64,000 bases of DNA from Octopus sinensis (GCF_006345805.1 NC_042999.1:120466001-120530000); one strand, 5' to 3'. Shown: positions 37,400 through 51,399, counted from the first letter of the stretch. Notes: generated by a model from the sequence alone, not told the origin. Made by a program: numbers and translations.

Positions 37400-39230
37400 T
37401 TCGGGAGGGGATTTTTTTTTTGCCATATAAACACATGCTCTGTATATTTGTTCTTCACTCGTTTATTTCTGTTCTTATTTTTCTTTTTACTTTAACTCAT
37501 CTGTGACCTCTTCAGCGATACTTTTCCTTTTGGCGTTTGCTCTTGCTCTAATCACTCTATTATGTTCTAAGATATGTATCCTTATGTGCGCATGCGCTTG
37601 CGCTCCTGTTTGTGTGTATGTGTGTATGTGTGTGTGTGTGTGTGTGTGTATGTGTGTGTGTCTGTGTTTGTGTGTGTGTGTCATTGTTCTTAACAGCAGT
37701 ATGACCGTCCCCTCAGCCCTATTCTCCCGCTGCTGTCCTGAGACCCGAAAGTTTGATACAGGTCCTGTATCTCTCTGTGATGTGTGTTCGCCCACCGTGT
37801 TGCCACCGTGATTGTTGTTGTTTTTGCCATTGTTGGCACTGCTGCTGTTGCTGTCATTGTTATTCGTGTTCGTGATATTGTTGTGGCCGTCCGTGAAATT
37901 ACTTGTGTGTGCGTATGGGTTCGCTTCGCATGTTGTTTGTATCCATGCCTTTTATATGGATTTATTCATACATTTAATTTATTTATCTCTGTTTCTTATA
38001 TTTATCACAGGTATGTGACAAATATATTTATTTATTTTATCTATATCCATTTCTTATATGTATCACAGGTAAGTGCATATATCTCTATTGTGTGTGTATC
38101 ACCCTATATAGATCTCTGTATTATTTTCGATAATTTTTTCCTCTCTCTTTCCTTCCGTGTTTAGTTATGTGTGTTTGTTGTGGGTTTGGGCGTCACTGTT
38201 CCATTCGTGTTTTCTATTGCGGCTTGATCTGTCTACTGTTATGTGTGTATCCTCTGTGATATGTCTAACTGCCGTGTCAGTTCTTTGCGTTGATAGTACT
38301 TTAACCTCTATGCTATTAATCTAGCCTTCATGTTCTCCTGTGCACGATGGAAGAGCACCGACGAGCTTCTCTCTTCTTTGAGCTTTCGCCAATGCTCACC
38401 TTTCTACTCTCCTATGCTGCATGCCGTCTCTGCATAGTAGGTAGTTGTCATGTTTCTGCACCGTCTCTCAGTACATCGTAAGCTATATACTACATGCCTA
38501 ACGTTACAGTTAAACCGTGGATTCATTCTACATACAACACAATTGTACTCCGTACAGATCAGGGATATTATAGGGACATAAGTCCTCTCTACTACATTAA
38601 TCCGTGGATTTACCTAACTTAATGTTTTTTCTAAAAAGCCACGCTAGTTCACCGCCACGAGTAGCATCGACGAACATGACGCTCTAGTATTTTTGTCGTT
38701 ACACCAAGTCATGGCCTTATTTATCTTATTATTTGTTCTTTCTGTGCAGTTCCCTGATTTACTCATGTACTGCGAGAAGATCCCCTTAGCATCACTTTCT
38801 ATGAGGGCTTTGTACTTAGTCCTGGTTATTTTGTACACGCTAATCCTGTCCCTTTGATCGTAGCCAAAGAACTGCACGCAGTGGATGAAATGTTGTATGT
38901 GTCTTTCCAATTCCATTGGGTCGCACATGCGAGACACATTCCTCATCACTCTCACCAAGTCAGCTATAAGAATGTTGAATTTGGCGTTGCTGCAATCGCT
39001 GCGTTCTTGTGAATAAGGTACTTAGAGGCCATGGCTTTCGTATAATGAAAGTGAAAGATCTGGACCTTACCGTTCTTAGTTTCTAGCCAAGAGTTCTGTG
39101 TCTAAAACGGGTAAAGTATTGTTAGGGTGCTTACTAAGGTAGTCTATCATTATTTCTATACTCTGGTGGATGGAGTTAGCTATTTGCTGGATGCTCTCAT
39201 AGTGTTAACTTCGAGATCATCAACCCCTAC
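37400..39230 (-). mobile_element. Penelope-like element: RT C-terminus, GIY-YIG endonuclease and terminal repeat remnant
   Basis: Minus translation with frameshifts: QQIANSIHQSIEIMIDY..KHPNNTLPVLD...YTKAMASKYLIHK...LVRVMRNVSRMCD; then FNCNVRHVVYSLRC..RRC...YYAET.CSIGE*KGEH. 37420-37530 resembles 18415-18535. Confidence 0.8.
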
Positions 39231-39269
39231 AAAACGCATTCGCACATAAACACTATATCACTATTTTTC

Positions 39270-40530
39270 AGAAACACACATCCACAACAAACACATACAG
39301 GAACACTTATATATACACCCATGCACGCACTCATAAAGGGGCATGTGCAGTTCCACACGCGCACACACTCACACACACACACACACACCACACACACACA
39401 CACGCATACACATACACACACAAAAGCACAAGATCACCATCGCCTGGAAAAAACACACTCACGCATTCACACATATATACACACATACAGGCACATACAA
39501 ATACATATTTACACACGTACGCGTTCACACCGTCCTGATGAACACAAAAATACACACATTGCTAGAAAAAATACACATACACACGCAATGCAATTTAACA
39601 GTCACAATAAACACTCACAGACACAGATATATAAACACGCACACAGGCACATACACGTACACCGCCCTGTCAAACACATGCACATATATACATACACATG
39701 CATGCACATACATATATTCATACATACATCCATCCATACATACATATATACATACATATATACATACATGCATGCATACATACTTACAAACACACATACA
39801 CTCACACACCGACCTGAAAAAGTACAAATAACACACACACATGCAAACGTGTGCGCGCACTGCTCAAACAAACACAACACGTACATCTGCAGACACGCAC
39901 ACATTGCTCTGACAAGCGTAACACACGCGCGCGCACACATACACACACACACACATAGACGCACGCACACACACACATGCACACGCACACATACACACGC
40001 GCACACCCACGTACACGACCACTCCACCCTAACAAGCGCAGCACACACACGCACTCGCACAAACGTAACACACACATACACAAGCACACACACGGACACA
40101 CACAGCGCCTTAACCAATATAACACACATAAATACGTATACGCATTTGCACACATACACACACCACCCGGACAATTATAACACACACACCACCCGGACAA
40201 TTATAACACACACACACACATACACAGACACACACATACCCACGAGCAAGCACACAACGCACATATACACACACAGAAACACACGCGTACACACACAGAG
40301 ATACACATAAGTTCTAACAAATGCAACGCATACATACACACGCACATACACGCACACATACACACATATACACACACCCCTGGTAAATAAAACTCAGACA
40401 TAGACAGGTATATACACATGAATGCACACGTACACATACACACAACCCTGACAACAGCAGCACACACGCACACATGCAACCACCCTGACATACGCAAACA
40501 CATACATGCACGCACACACACGCATGCGCA
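39270..40530. repeat. ~1.2-kb degenerate (CA)-rich low-complexity tract
   Basis: Direct reading; includes a short duplication cacc.cccggacaattataacacacac at ~40160-40215. Confidence 0.9.
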
Positions 40531-42477
40531 CTTCTTTTGCAGGATTGGAAATTCTCCTATTCGTCTAACAGTTGAATTAGACTCTGTTAGGACTCCCTGA
40601 ACAAGATAAATTCATAGGCCAGATCTTCTAGTGATAGCGAATTTCCTTTGTGCAGCAAACCTTTGTTTCTCGTATTATTTCCGCTACAATTGGCCATTCG
40701 CGAAACCCTGCACCCTTATCGGAGAGCCACTCGGGCCATGAATATAGATGGTAAAATCCCCCCTCCCCCCTTCTATTTATTGTCCACTCCAAATAGTTTA
40801 GAGAAAAACCACGCATGTCTGCTTTGAATTGAGTAGCCCACACCCTTCCTGATCCGTGAAAGGTTGAATCGAGTCTTTGTTGCTGCTTTGCGCACCTGCT
40901 ACTCCTGTCTATCCTACGATTTTCGTTCCTTCATGCTTTAGAACACTTGTCGTGGTTTTGACAACGCAAACGTCACACTGTGCGGTGACGAATCTGTCAC
41001 GGGTCAATCTCACCATTGGTTCGTCAGTCACAATACCTTTCGTAAGTGCTCCTTCCTCACACTCTATTCTACAATTTGTAGTCACCAGTTCTTTACTAAA
41101 CTTATTGATACTAAAATAACAGCGCTAAATATCAGGATTTCAGCGCTAAATATCAGGATTATTAAGGGCGTAAGTACTAGAATATCCTCTGAACAAGTTT
41201 TATGTAATATACTAGTGACGATATACTGTCGAGTTTTAAGGTCAACAAAGGTTCTGAATATAATTAGTACAAGGAACTTCTGGCAGAATAAATCTAGTGC
41301 AACTGCCATTTAATATAAAGAAGAACGAATAGAAAAATCTTGAAAATTTAATCAATAGTCTCACTAAATAGTGTTACCACTAGGCTCAATTATTATGTAA
41401 ACTAGAAATATTTATATTCCTACTTTACATCATTAACCTCTTTCTTGTCACCTCTAACCACACTCATTACCACATATTTGTAAACCTCTTTATTATATTC
41501 TCATTTTCAGTTCACCGGTCTAATCCATATATATTTCCAATGCATTGCTTGAAACAAATTTACACGTATAAAATTGAGTAATCCAAATGAAGCTGAAAAT
41601 CACCTTCAGATACACTAGTTTAATTCGATTTCACCCATGAGAATGAAAGAATAACTCAAAAAGATGGAAGATAGAGAAAACGAAAAATGCAGAGAAAGAA
41701 TTTATTAGTACAGAATGTAAGAGCTAGGAGTATTTTAGTTTGAATTGCAAATTATATATCGTGAAATGAATGTGAGGAAATATAATACATGTTCAATAGA
41801 CTTCTTGAAAAGGAAGTATGGATATCTTCTAAAATGGATATGCTTAATAAAAGCAACAGAAGTTCCGTACAGCATTATTGAGCCGTCTATATATTTTAGC
41901 GACACAGATTCTAAAACGTCGATCCGAGTGGGGACTAAAAGTTGCTAATTTATGTTGTTTTTATAAATTCACTTTACACTAATTATTCTTTTTTATTCTG
42001 GTATATTCATAATATATATTCCTTTAAGTTTTTATTCTTTCACAAGCTTTAGTCACTTGATTGCAGCCATGTTTCGCCACCGTATTGTAGGATAGAATCG
42101 ACCAAATCAATCATAATACTGGTTTTAGTTCTTATTGTACTGGTTTTAATGCTTATTGTACCAGTTTCTTTAGAAAGAGCCGTGAAGTTACAGAAGAACC
42201 AATATTGGTGGCCAGGCTCAAGAGGCAAGCACAAAGAATATACATTAACGCATACTAACACATATGCACTCTGAACAGGCTTTATAGTAATTGCCATGTC
42301 CTCGATTTACTCGCAAATCATTGATCGACCCAGGATATACTACAATTTAATTATCCAGTACGCGTCGCACAGTGGGACTAAACTCGAAACAAGCAATACA
42401 TATGCCTATGTATCCACACACGCACACACAGACACACACGCACTCACAGACACACACACTCTCTCCCTTTCTCTCAT

Positions 42478-43555
42478 TCACATCATCATCACGACCATCA
42501 TCTAACATCCGTTGTCCATGCTTGCATGGGTTGGATGGTGTGACCAGGGCTGGTAAGGTGAGGGGATGGACTAGATTCCAGTCTGATTTGGCATGATTTG
42601 TACAACTGAAAGCTTTTCCTAACGTCAACCTCTCCAAGATTGTAATAGGTATTTCTGCGTACCACCGGCACGGGAGCCATGTGAGTGATACCAGTGTCCG
42701 CCAGACTACGATTTCACTTGGTTTCATGGGACTTATTCTCAAGCACAGCATATTGACAAAGGTCTCGGTCATTTGTCATTAGCTTTGTGAGGTCCAACGG
42801 TCGAAAGGTGCATCTTACGTGCCACCGGCACGGATGCTAGTTGCGTGTCACCGGTATCAGCCTGAATTACCCCCGAGAGGCCCAACGCATGAAGGTTACT
42901 TTTTACGTGCCACCGGCACGGGTGCCAGTTACGCGACACAGGCTTCGGACACGACCACGATTTCACTTAGCTTGACGGGTGTTCTCAAGCGCAGCATATT
43001 GCCGAAGGTCTGGGTCACTAGTCATTGCCTCCGTGAGGCCCAACGTTCGTAGATGCTTCGAAACCTCATCTCATGTCTTCCTGTGTCTACCTCTTCCAAA
43101 GGTTCCCTCAGCAGTTAGAGATCAGCATTCTTTACACTGTCTTTCCCGTCCATACGCTTCATACGACTATACCACCGCAGTCGTCTCTCTTGCACGCCAC
43201 ATCTGGTGCTTCTTATACTCAACTTTTCTCTCAAGACGCCTACATACTGACATTGAAAATCCAGCGAAGAATGCTAGCTTCATTTCTTTCAAGCCTATAC
43301 GCATGTCCTCGGTAGTCACAGCCCATATTTCACTGCCGTGTAGCATAGCCGTTTGCACACAGGCATCATACAGTCGGCCTTTCTCTCTTAGAGAGAGGGC
43401 ATTAGTTACCAACAGCGGTAAGAGCTCTCTGAACTTTGCCAGCTTATTCATTCTTATACTTGCATCTATGCTTTCGGAGCACCCACCTCTGCTACTGATT
43501 TCGTCACCTAGATAACGGAAGCTATTTACTACCTCTAACTTAACCCACTGGCATC
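42478..43555 (-). mobile_element. RTE-clade LINE 3' fragment with repeated 3' end
   Basis: Minus strand SFRYLGDEISSRGGCSES...KFRELLPLLV...KGRLYDACVQTAMLHGSEIWAVT. The 3' UTR motif gtgccaccggcacg recurs three times on the plus strand; short (CAT)n tail at ~42480. Confidence 0.85.
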
Positions 43556-43569
43556 TGATGGAGTCTATT

Positions 43570-43570
43570 T

Positions 43571-43632
<62 letters not shown>

Positions 43633-43649
43633 GATAGATAGAGAGAGAG

Positions 43650-43720
<71 letters not shown>
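43570..43720. repeat. (CT)n-(TA)n-(GATA)n microsatellite
   Basis: Direct reading of the sequence. Confidence 0.95.
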
Positions 43721-43721
<1 letters not shown>

Positions 43722-44299
43722 GAAATATATGTATATGTGTGAGTGTATTTGCGCGTGTGTACGCGCGCGTCTCTACATATACCTGAGTGTGCTCGTTTTT
43801 ATATACGCGGCGGGAGGGCTCTGTGCGTGCATGTATGTTTTATGCATGTTTGTGTGTCAGTACACACAAATAAATGCATCAGCAGACGGATATCTCAGCT
43901 TGAATCCATGTGAATAATGTTCCAAGCATCGGAAAATATTTCTCTCAAGTACCTATATCAAAGACCTTTACTAAAAACGAATTTAATTTACCAACCAAAC
44001 GGATTCCTAACAATACATTGGGACGCCTCAATAAAATGTTATGTATATATTTGAATCTTTCATATGCGGAAATTAATAAACCAACTGTTTAAAAGTCCTT
44101 TGATGTAAAACTTATTTATATTATATCTTATTTCAGCCTTAGAAATTTACCAAATCACAGAAGTGTATATAACTAAACAGAGGAATGGGAATTTTTCCTT
44201 TTTTTTTTCTTTCCTACAATATATTGTATATATTTTTAAAACACCATTATCAATAGGGAATATATACCACTTTCAGATACCCAGAACCAGCAATTCATA

Positions 44300-44725
44300 T
44301 TATTAGTACAAGGTCAGCAAGTTCGGAGAAGTGGGTAAGTCGATTAGATCGATCTCAGTGCTCAACTTATTTCATCAATCCTGACAGAATGAAAGGTAAA
44401 ATCGACCTCGACAGCATTTGAACTCAGTACGTAAAGACGGATGAAATGCCGTTAAGCATTTTTTCCAGTGTGCTAACTATTCTGCCAGCTCGCTGTCATA
44501 ATTGCAATAATCTTTTCTTATTTTGGCACAAGGACAGCAAATTTGAGAAGTGAGGAAGTCGATTACCATCGACCCCTGTGCTCTGCTGGTACTTTTTTAT
44601 CGACCCCAAACAATGAAATGCGATGTCGACCTCAGCGGAATTTTAACTCAGAACGCAAAAAACAGGCAAAATGCCTAGCGGCATTTTGTTCGGCGTGCTA
44701 ACAACTCTGCCAGCTCGCTGCCTTA
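44300..44725 (-). mobile_element. Two tandem SINE family A copies
   Basis: gtcgacctc.gcgg.attt.aactcag..cg and tctgccagctcgc each occur twice (about 44300-44485 and 44515-44725). Confidence 0.8.
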
Positions 44726-44867
44726 ATGGCTATAAATAATAGCAACCAAAGTTTCCTCTTCAACAATGTTACTCCAGCAACAGTCTAAGTAAAGGCATGT
44801 AAGTCGAATTTGCTTTTCAGTAATCTTGATCGAATCAATCGACAACAAGTTATCCCCTACATAAGGC

Positions 44868-45085
44868 GTCGAGCTGGCAGAAACGTTAGCACGTCGGGCA
44901 AAATGCTTAGCGGTATTTCGTCTGCTGTTACGTTGTGAGTTCAAATTCCGCCGAGGTCGACTTTACCTTTCATCCTTTCGGGGTCGATAAATTAAGTACC
45001 AGTTACGCACTGGGGTCGATGTAATCGACTTAATACTTATGTCTGTCCTTGTTTGCTCCTTCTATGTTTAGCCCCTTGTGGGTAA
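44868..45085 (+). mobile_element. SINE family A, well-preserved copy
   Basis: gcgtcgagctggcagaaacgttagcacgtcgggcaaaatgcttagcggtatttcg...gaggtcgactttacctttcatcctttcggggtcgataaattaagtaccagtt. Confidence 0.9.
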
Positions 45086-45875
45086 TAAAGAAATGGGTAT
45101 CCCCTACAGATATTGGCCTTGTTCTCAAATACAACTAAATAGATATCACGAAGAAAGGGAGCTGAATAGTAGAAATTATTATAAAGCTGCAATGATAAAA
45201 TGTAGTGCTCTATTTTTGCTAAATCAATATGTAGAATTGTTGAGACTATATAAAACACCTCAGATGGTTGCGTTGAAATATCTGCTGATTGCAAATATAT
45301 GTATCATGCTGGGATTATTTATGAAATTAAGCTAATTGTGTATGCATTTAAGAATATAAATTATGAAATTGAATTTAATATCATTTCAAAACTCCATTAT
45401 CGTATTAATAAAAAGATTATTAAAAATTTGTTGAAGACGTAGTAGGTCAAGTCAATTCTGCAATTGATGTTCTTATAGTAGAAATATCGCTGTGTCGGAA
45501 ACTGAAATAAAACTAATTATAATGAACACTGTAAGGAGGAAGATCCACTGCTAACTTTCACTGTCCTCTGGTGTATCTAAATACATCGCTTGAAGTCTCC
45601 AGTTTTCTGCTTCAAATTTACTGCTCTTAATTAATGCAATATTAATGCTGCAATAAAATTACTAATTCTACTGTTCAAGATCATGGTTTGAAATTTTATG
45701 AAGTATATGTTTAATTATTACTAACGGCAGACTGAATTGCTCAGAATGTGAATTTATGATGTAGGCAATAATGAGGAAGAATATAGTTTTGTAGGAACTA
45801 CTGCGAAGGTTACCACGATTAGCAATAACTATAATAAAACTAGAAAACAGTTACTACTACTACTGCTGCTGCTGC

Positions 45876-45911
<36 letters not shown>

Positions 45912-47241
45912 CACCACCACCATCATTACTACTACTACTAGTAAAATAAGTTATAATAATTGTGAGGAGGAGGAAGAGACGGAGGATTTCGTTATGAAGT
46001 AATAAGGGTTTACAAAAGGGTCAATGACAGTACAGTACTAGGTTAGGTAACACCGTGTAAGCAGTAAAACAACAAGACAAAGAAACAGGAACGGTGTCGC
46101 GCACTGCAGGCAAAAAGTATCATATCAAGATCCGGCAGGTCGTCATCAATTCATTGATCAGAACAGAAGCCAAAAGTGCAGTGGTAGGAAAGTGAAATGG
46201 GAAAGTGGTAAACATAACTGTGATTGAATGCTGGCTGAAAAATGAGTCAAATGAAAGAAGTTTCATAAAACGAATGAAGAGTGTATGGGATGAAAAGGAC
46301 ATCTTTGAAGATTCTATTCTACGTTTGAAAGATCAGGTACGAGTAGTTTGCATAAATGATTGGAGTACAGGATTAGAGGGTGAAGAAATTTAGAGAAGAA
46401 TAAAAGATTAAAAAGTAATTAAGGAGCAAGAGATGAAGAAAAGAAGAAAGAAGGAAATTACTATGTTCCTGAGAATGCTGATGAAGTAAATAGTGAAGAT
46501 GATTCAGCTGGATAAATGACTAATTTTGCCCAAGACTTGAACGATGAAGACAAAGTGTTTCTAGAAATGCCGAGAGGTAAAATGTGTGGTTTGAACAAGG
46601 AAGTGACACCAAATATAAGGCATATAGACAGAGCCGTCGCTAAGCCCCTGACACCCTTGCGGTCGCAGGGTGCCTCCGCGGTTGAGGGACCCCATGTAAA
46701 GATCAAAGTACATAGATGAGTTATCTATTTACTTTGGTTAAGATGTTAACTCAAAATTTCAAGCCAGACGAAGAAAAAAATATGAGGGTGTATCGTAAAT
46801 AAATTTAAAAGAAACGAAAAAATCTAAATGAAAAACAGTTTGTTGACGAATTCCCTGGGAATATAAAAGAAAAACGAAAGAAATCCAAAACAATGAAAAT
46901 AAGAACAACTTCAACGGATAAACAAGGAAAAGAAGCAATGGTAATGAAAGGTGAGGATGTATACATACATACAAACATACACACACCGGCATAGTACATA
47001 TATTCATTCATACATTCAAACACACACAAACACACACGTATACACACATATTTAGGACTGGCCTTTTTCTGTTTCCGTCTAGCAAATCCATTCAAAAGAC
47101 TTTGGCCAGCTTGGGTCGATGGATAGATAGACGTGTACCAAACACACACACACATCTCTTAGTCTCTCTGTCTCTCCCTCTTCCTCTGTCTGTCTTTTTT
47201 TTCTCTCTCTCTCTCTCTCTCTCTCCATATATAAACATATA

Positions 47242-47277
<36 letters not shown>

Positions 47278-49025
47278 TGTATGTATGTATGTATGTATAT
47301 AGTTGTTTGACATTGTTGAAAAGCTGGTCACTTTGCACCCAGAACAGTGGCCATTGACCTCATAAGGCAATAAAAACTAGAGAAATTTTTTCAGTACCAA
47401 AAATAAGGAGCACGCGTGCGCGCACACCCACACACCCACACAGAAATGTGTGCGTGTATGTATATATGTATAGATATTGTTTGCTCACTGTCACCAAGCA
47501 TCTCAATTCTTCAGTGGTAACTAGTTTGTGATTGACGTATTTTATTCTGCAAAGTAGAATACTATTTCGCCCTTGAATTTGAGATTTCAGAGAAAGGTAA
47601 GAAATTCTTCATATTTTGCATCTTTGGTATTTTGACTTTACAGTTTGAATTGTAGAATTGTTTATCCAATCGAAATATTGCAACAGCTAACAGTGAAGTA
47701 TAGAATTATAAAAAGGATTTTTCGACTGACTGTTATGAAGTCTTTGAGAATATTCACGTGTATTTTTCAAAAGTATATAATTTGAAATAATTTTTTGTAT
47801 TTTAATGTTCTTGAATAAACTTCTTTGCTTACAAAAGCTGAGACAATTATACTTCACAGTTGTTATTTTTAAATGCTTGTCTTCTGACATTTGTGAGTCC
47901 ATCCAATAAATATTCAACCCTATTAAATTTGGCATTCCTAAACATGAAATTATACGATAGTTCGAGCCCGAAATAAATTTAACTTGTACTTTTAAAGATG
48001 TTCTTTAGGATAACGAGCAATATTGAACTTCAGACAGAATAAAGTAAAATACAGCTATGAATAAAATGTGCGTAGATTATGAATTTTCATTGAAGAGATG
48101 GGGCCTCGAAGCAAAATTTGCAGGGGACCTCTAAAAGTCATGCAACAGCCCTGCGTATAGACAGAGGAACAGTAAGAAGAGCCACAGACAAATTAAATAG
48201 CATTTTGAGCTTGGTTAAAACAGAGATCATTAGCGAAACGAATTTGCTAATCATAGATGCTGCTAATGTTATAACAATTTTATAATAGGATAATTCGGAA
48301 GACTCTTGAAGAAAAGAAATAAGAGAAAGAACGAATTGGGAAAGAAAATACGAAAGAAGATCGAAAACATGGAAAGAATTGGGGCAATTAAATAGGATAA
48401 TGAGAGGGGAACTCAACAATGAGCTAGTGATCAGAAAATTGAATGGACAGTACAGGTTAGGAGGCAGGAAAAAGCAAAGTATATATGCTGACGGTTTAAA
48501 ATGCCAAATGGAAAAAAATGGAAAAATGTTGAACAGAAAAGATAGTTTCAATCAAAGAGAAAGCTCTTTTGCGGGAAATAAAAGGGGAACAACATGAGGA
48601 AGTGATACCTGAAGAAAGTAAAGTATTTGTGGGTAGAACCTCGGAACAGGCCAGCAAGATATAAAGAAAGTGCAGAGTGGCTAACACGGGTGGAGAGACA
48701 ACTTGCCACTGTACCAAGACAAAATGGCGCCAGAATTGATGAGTATTCAGTGATGTTGAAGTTTTAAGAAGTAGCAAATTTGAAAGAACCTGGCTCGGAT
48801 GGGGAACGAGGTTATTGACTAAAGAATTTTACATAGTTGTATGAAAGTGTCGCTGCACACCTTAATGAGTGTCTGCAGTAGGAACGCGTCCCTACCTGGA
48901 TGACAAGTGGATTAAGAGTGTTATGTCCCAAGGACCCCTTAAATGGTAAATCGGTATCAAATTTGCAACATGTAGAGTGTGTATCCAATTTTCGTACTAT
49001 AACCTGTTTACCACTCATGAGGAAG

Positions 49026-49071
49026 GGTAGTGGTTAAGAGCGCGGGCTAAGACTTCGATTCCAAGCAGTTA

Positions 49072-49136
<65 letters not shown>

Positions 49137-49318
49137 TCGAAAAATACTTTAGGAATGAGAACCCAGGTTCGAAATTTCTCCAAGACACCTGATGAAGGCT
49201 GGAAGTTATATCAGCCGAAACGTTGTGTTAACAACAAACAAGATGAGGACAAATATCCGTCAACTGTAAATAATATAAATAATGTAAATAATTCGTCATC
49301 TCTTAAATATGGAACTGA
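49026..49318 (+). mobile_element. Composite SINE family B: tRNA-like head + (AAT)n + hammerhead-bearing tail
   Basis: gtagtggttaagagcgcgggcta..ttcgattcc head, (AAT)n 49077-49133, tail catcgaaaaatac.ttaggaatgagaacccaggttcgaaattt...; inserted within the R4/Dong RT region. Confidence 0.8.
49184..49229 (+). ncRNA. Minimal type I hammerhead ribozyme motif
   Basis: gacac CTGATGA a ggctg gaagttatat cagcc GAAA cg TT gtgtt: 5-bp stems I and II, loopless palindromic stem III ACGT, one extra A after the core. Confidence 0.6.
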
Positions 49319-50672
49319 ATTTATTTCTAGTAGACCAGAAAGGATGAAGGAAGCAAAGTAGAGCAACTAAAGGCAGTTATTAGTTGATACAATGCTAATT
49401 AGAAATTGTAGACGTAGACTGGTTGGATTCGATGTAGCATCGTTTACAGAAAAGTACATGCAATGGTACTGCACATTTAGCTAAGTAAATCAATGAAAGC
49501 ATGAAACATTAAAATACAGAATGGGAAATGGAGGAGAAAAAACAAAGACTTGGGAACGTGAGCATGAGACGTGATATATTTCAAGGTGATATCTTATCTC
49601 CATTACTGTTTGAATTGGCTATGATGTCGCTCAGTTTGATATTGGGAGAAATCAAAAAAGCTTATGATTTGGGAAAAAGATATGGTCATATAAATCAAGT
49701 CCTTTTTATGCATGATATAAGGCTTTATGGAAAAATGATAAGCAGCTTCAAAGTTTTGTGAATACTCTTCGTGATTTCTCAAATGCTCTAGGTATGAAAC
49801 TTGAGATTGAAAAGTGCGCTATATTGATGAGATTTGAAGGAAGAAGGTAAGGTGAAAGCCAAATGGGCAAACAGTAAAAGCAGCTGAGAAAGGACAATGG
49901 TATAAGTTTTAGGGAATAATGGAGGCAGATGAAATAAAACATGAAGAGATGAAGCAAATTACAAGTAGGGAGTGTACAAGAAGATTGGGAAAATATTACA
50001 GTTGAATTCGAAAAATGTTTTCGAAGCAATAAATGCAAGAACAGTACAATTAATCGGATGTGGAGTTGGAATTAGAGGTAGCAAAATGTGGGAATACAGA
50101 AACTTGACAGAAAAAACTAGAAAGTTTTTGACAATGTATGGAGCCTACCATACGAAAGCAGGTATTAACTAGTTATACTTGACTACACATCTGGATGGAA
50201 GAGGTTTAATTGCTGTGGATAGGTGTGAAAAGATGAGGAAAAAACTACAGAATATTTACAGAACAGTAGAGAGAAATTACTAAAGGCAGTGAATAAAGAA
50301 CAGGTGATCAAGAGTGGAATAAAAAAAGTACAAAATTGAAATTCAAAGAGAGCATGTTGAATAGATTGAAACAAAACATTTGCATGGACAGTTTTGGAAA
50401 GCTACTGAGGATGTATGTGGAACAAAAACTGGGACTTGTAGTACCAATAATTGTCGGAGCCCTGGAAACAGTGAGTAAAAATCTTGAAAAGTACATGGAA
50501 CAAATAGAGGCTGCAATAAAGTTGGAACACTTACAGAAAAATGCACTGCTTGGAACCGCTCGAATACACCTGACGGTACTGGAAAAATAAGGTGTGTTAC
50601 CTTAGTTCACTAGTAGTGAACAGCTGACACCGTAGTATATCTCCAGCGGTAGAAGCTGTGCAAAGAGAATAA

Positions 50673-50697
50673 AATACTATACTACTACTACTACTAC

Positions 50698-50768
<71 letters not shown>

Positions 50769-50826
50769 CAACCATAACAACAACAACAATAATAATAATA
50801 ATAATAATAGTAATAATAATAATAAT
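50673..50826. repeat. (TAC)n-(TAA)n-(CAA)n microsatellite
   Basis: Direct reading of the sequence. Confidence 0.95.
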
Positions 50827-51399
50827 GGTTGAAAATTGGTGGCATGAGACCAGAAATTTTAGGGACATTAGTGTCATATTCAGTTGTTTGTAGCCCTTGA
50901 CAAACAGCAAGATTTCTAGGTGTAAATGTTATTTACAAGGTTGTGTTTATTTTTATTATTGTTCGTTGTTCATTTCTTATTGCTGTCATCAACATTTCTG
51001 TTTTCATTTTCTATTCATTACTTTCGTTTTCCTTGCCTTTAATAAGGCTAGCACCGACTTTTTGTCAACATTCTTAAACATTTCATTGCTATTTTGTCGA
51101 TGTTAACATTTTTGTTTTTCTCATATTCTAATACATGATTTCCTCTATTTCTTTTGTTGTGGCTGGTGTTGTTTGTCTTGCTGCTGTTGCTGTTGTTATC
51201 GTAGTTGTTTTTGTTGTTGTTGCTGTTGTTGCTGTTGTTGTTGTGTTGTTGCTGCTGATGTTTGTTATACCGAGACTGTATTGCTGCACTGTGCCATAAC
51301 ATCGTTGATGTTGTCAACGTTAACACATATTGTCTACACCATTACGAAGATTTGGTGAACTTATTCCAGAAGTGCTATAAGGTTTTTCATTAGAAATAT

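Larger units (their letters stand above)
46000..50672 (+). mobile_element. R4/Dong-like non-LTR retrotransposon 1, fragmented and interrupted
   Basis: N-terminal VIECWLKNE...RMKSVWDEK...RLKDQVR (46205-46393); middle AEWL...PGSDG..GY*LKNF...FRTITCLPLM (48150-49020); RT IFQGDILSPLLF...LFMHDIRLYG (49528-49761); C-terminus VVPIIVGALETVSK...HLQKNALLGTARI. Interrupted at ~46760-48140 and 49026-49318. Confidence 0.8.

Noticed and set aside
39321-40310. Longest ORF in the track (329 aa, His/Thr-rich)
   Set aside because: It is the translation of a degenerate (CA)n tract that lacks stop codons by composition; no domain signal.
46640-46720. GC-rich double hairpin as an HDV-like ribozyme
   Set aside because: Two hairpins form, but I could not build the nested P1/P2/P3/P1.1 double pseudoknot on either strand.
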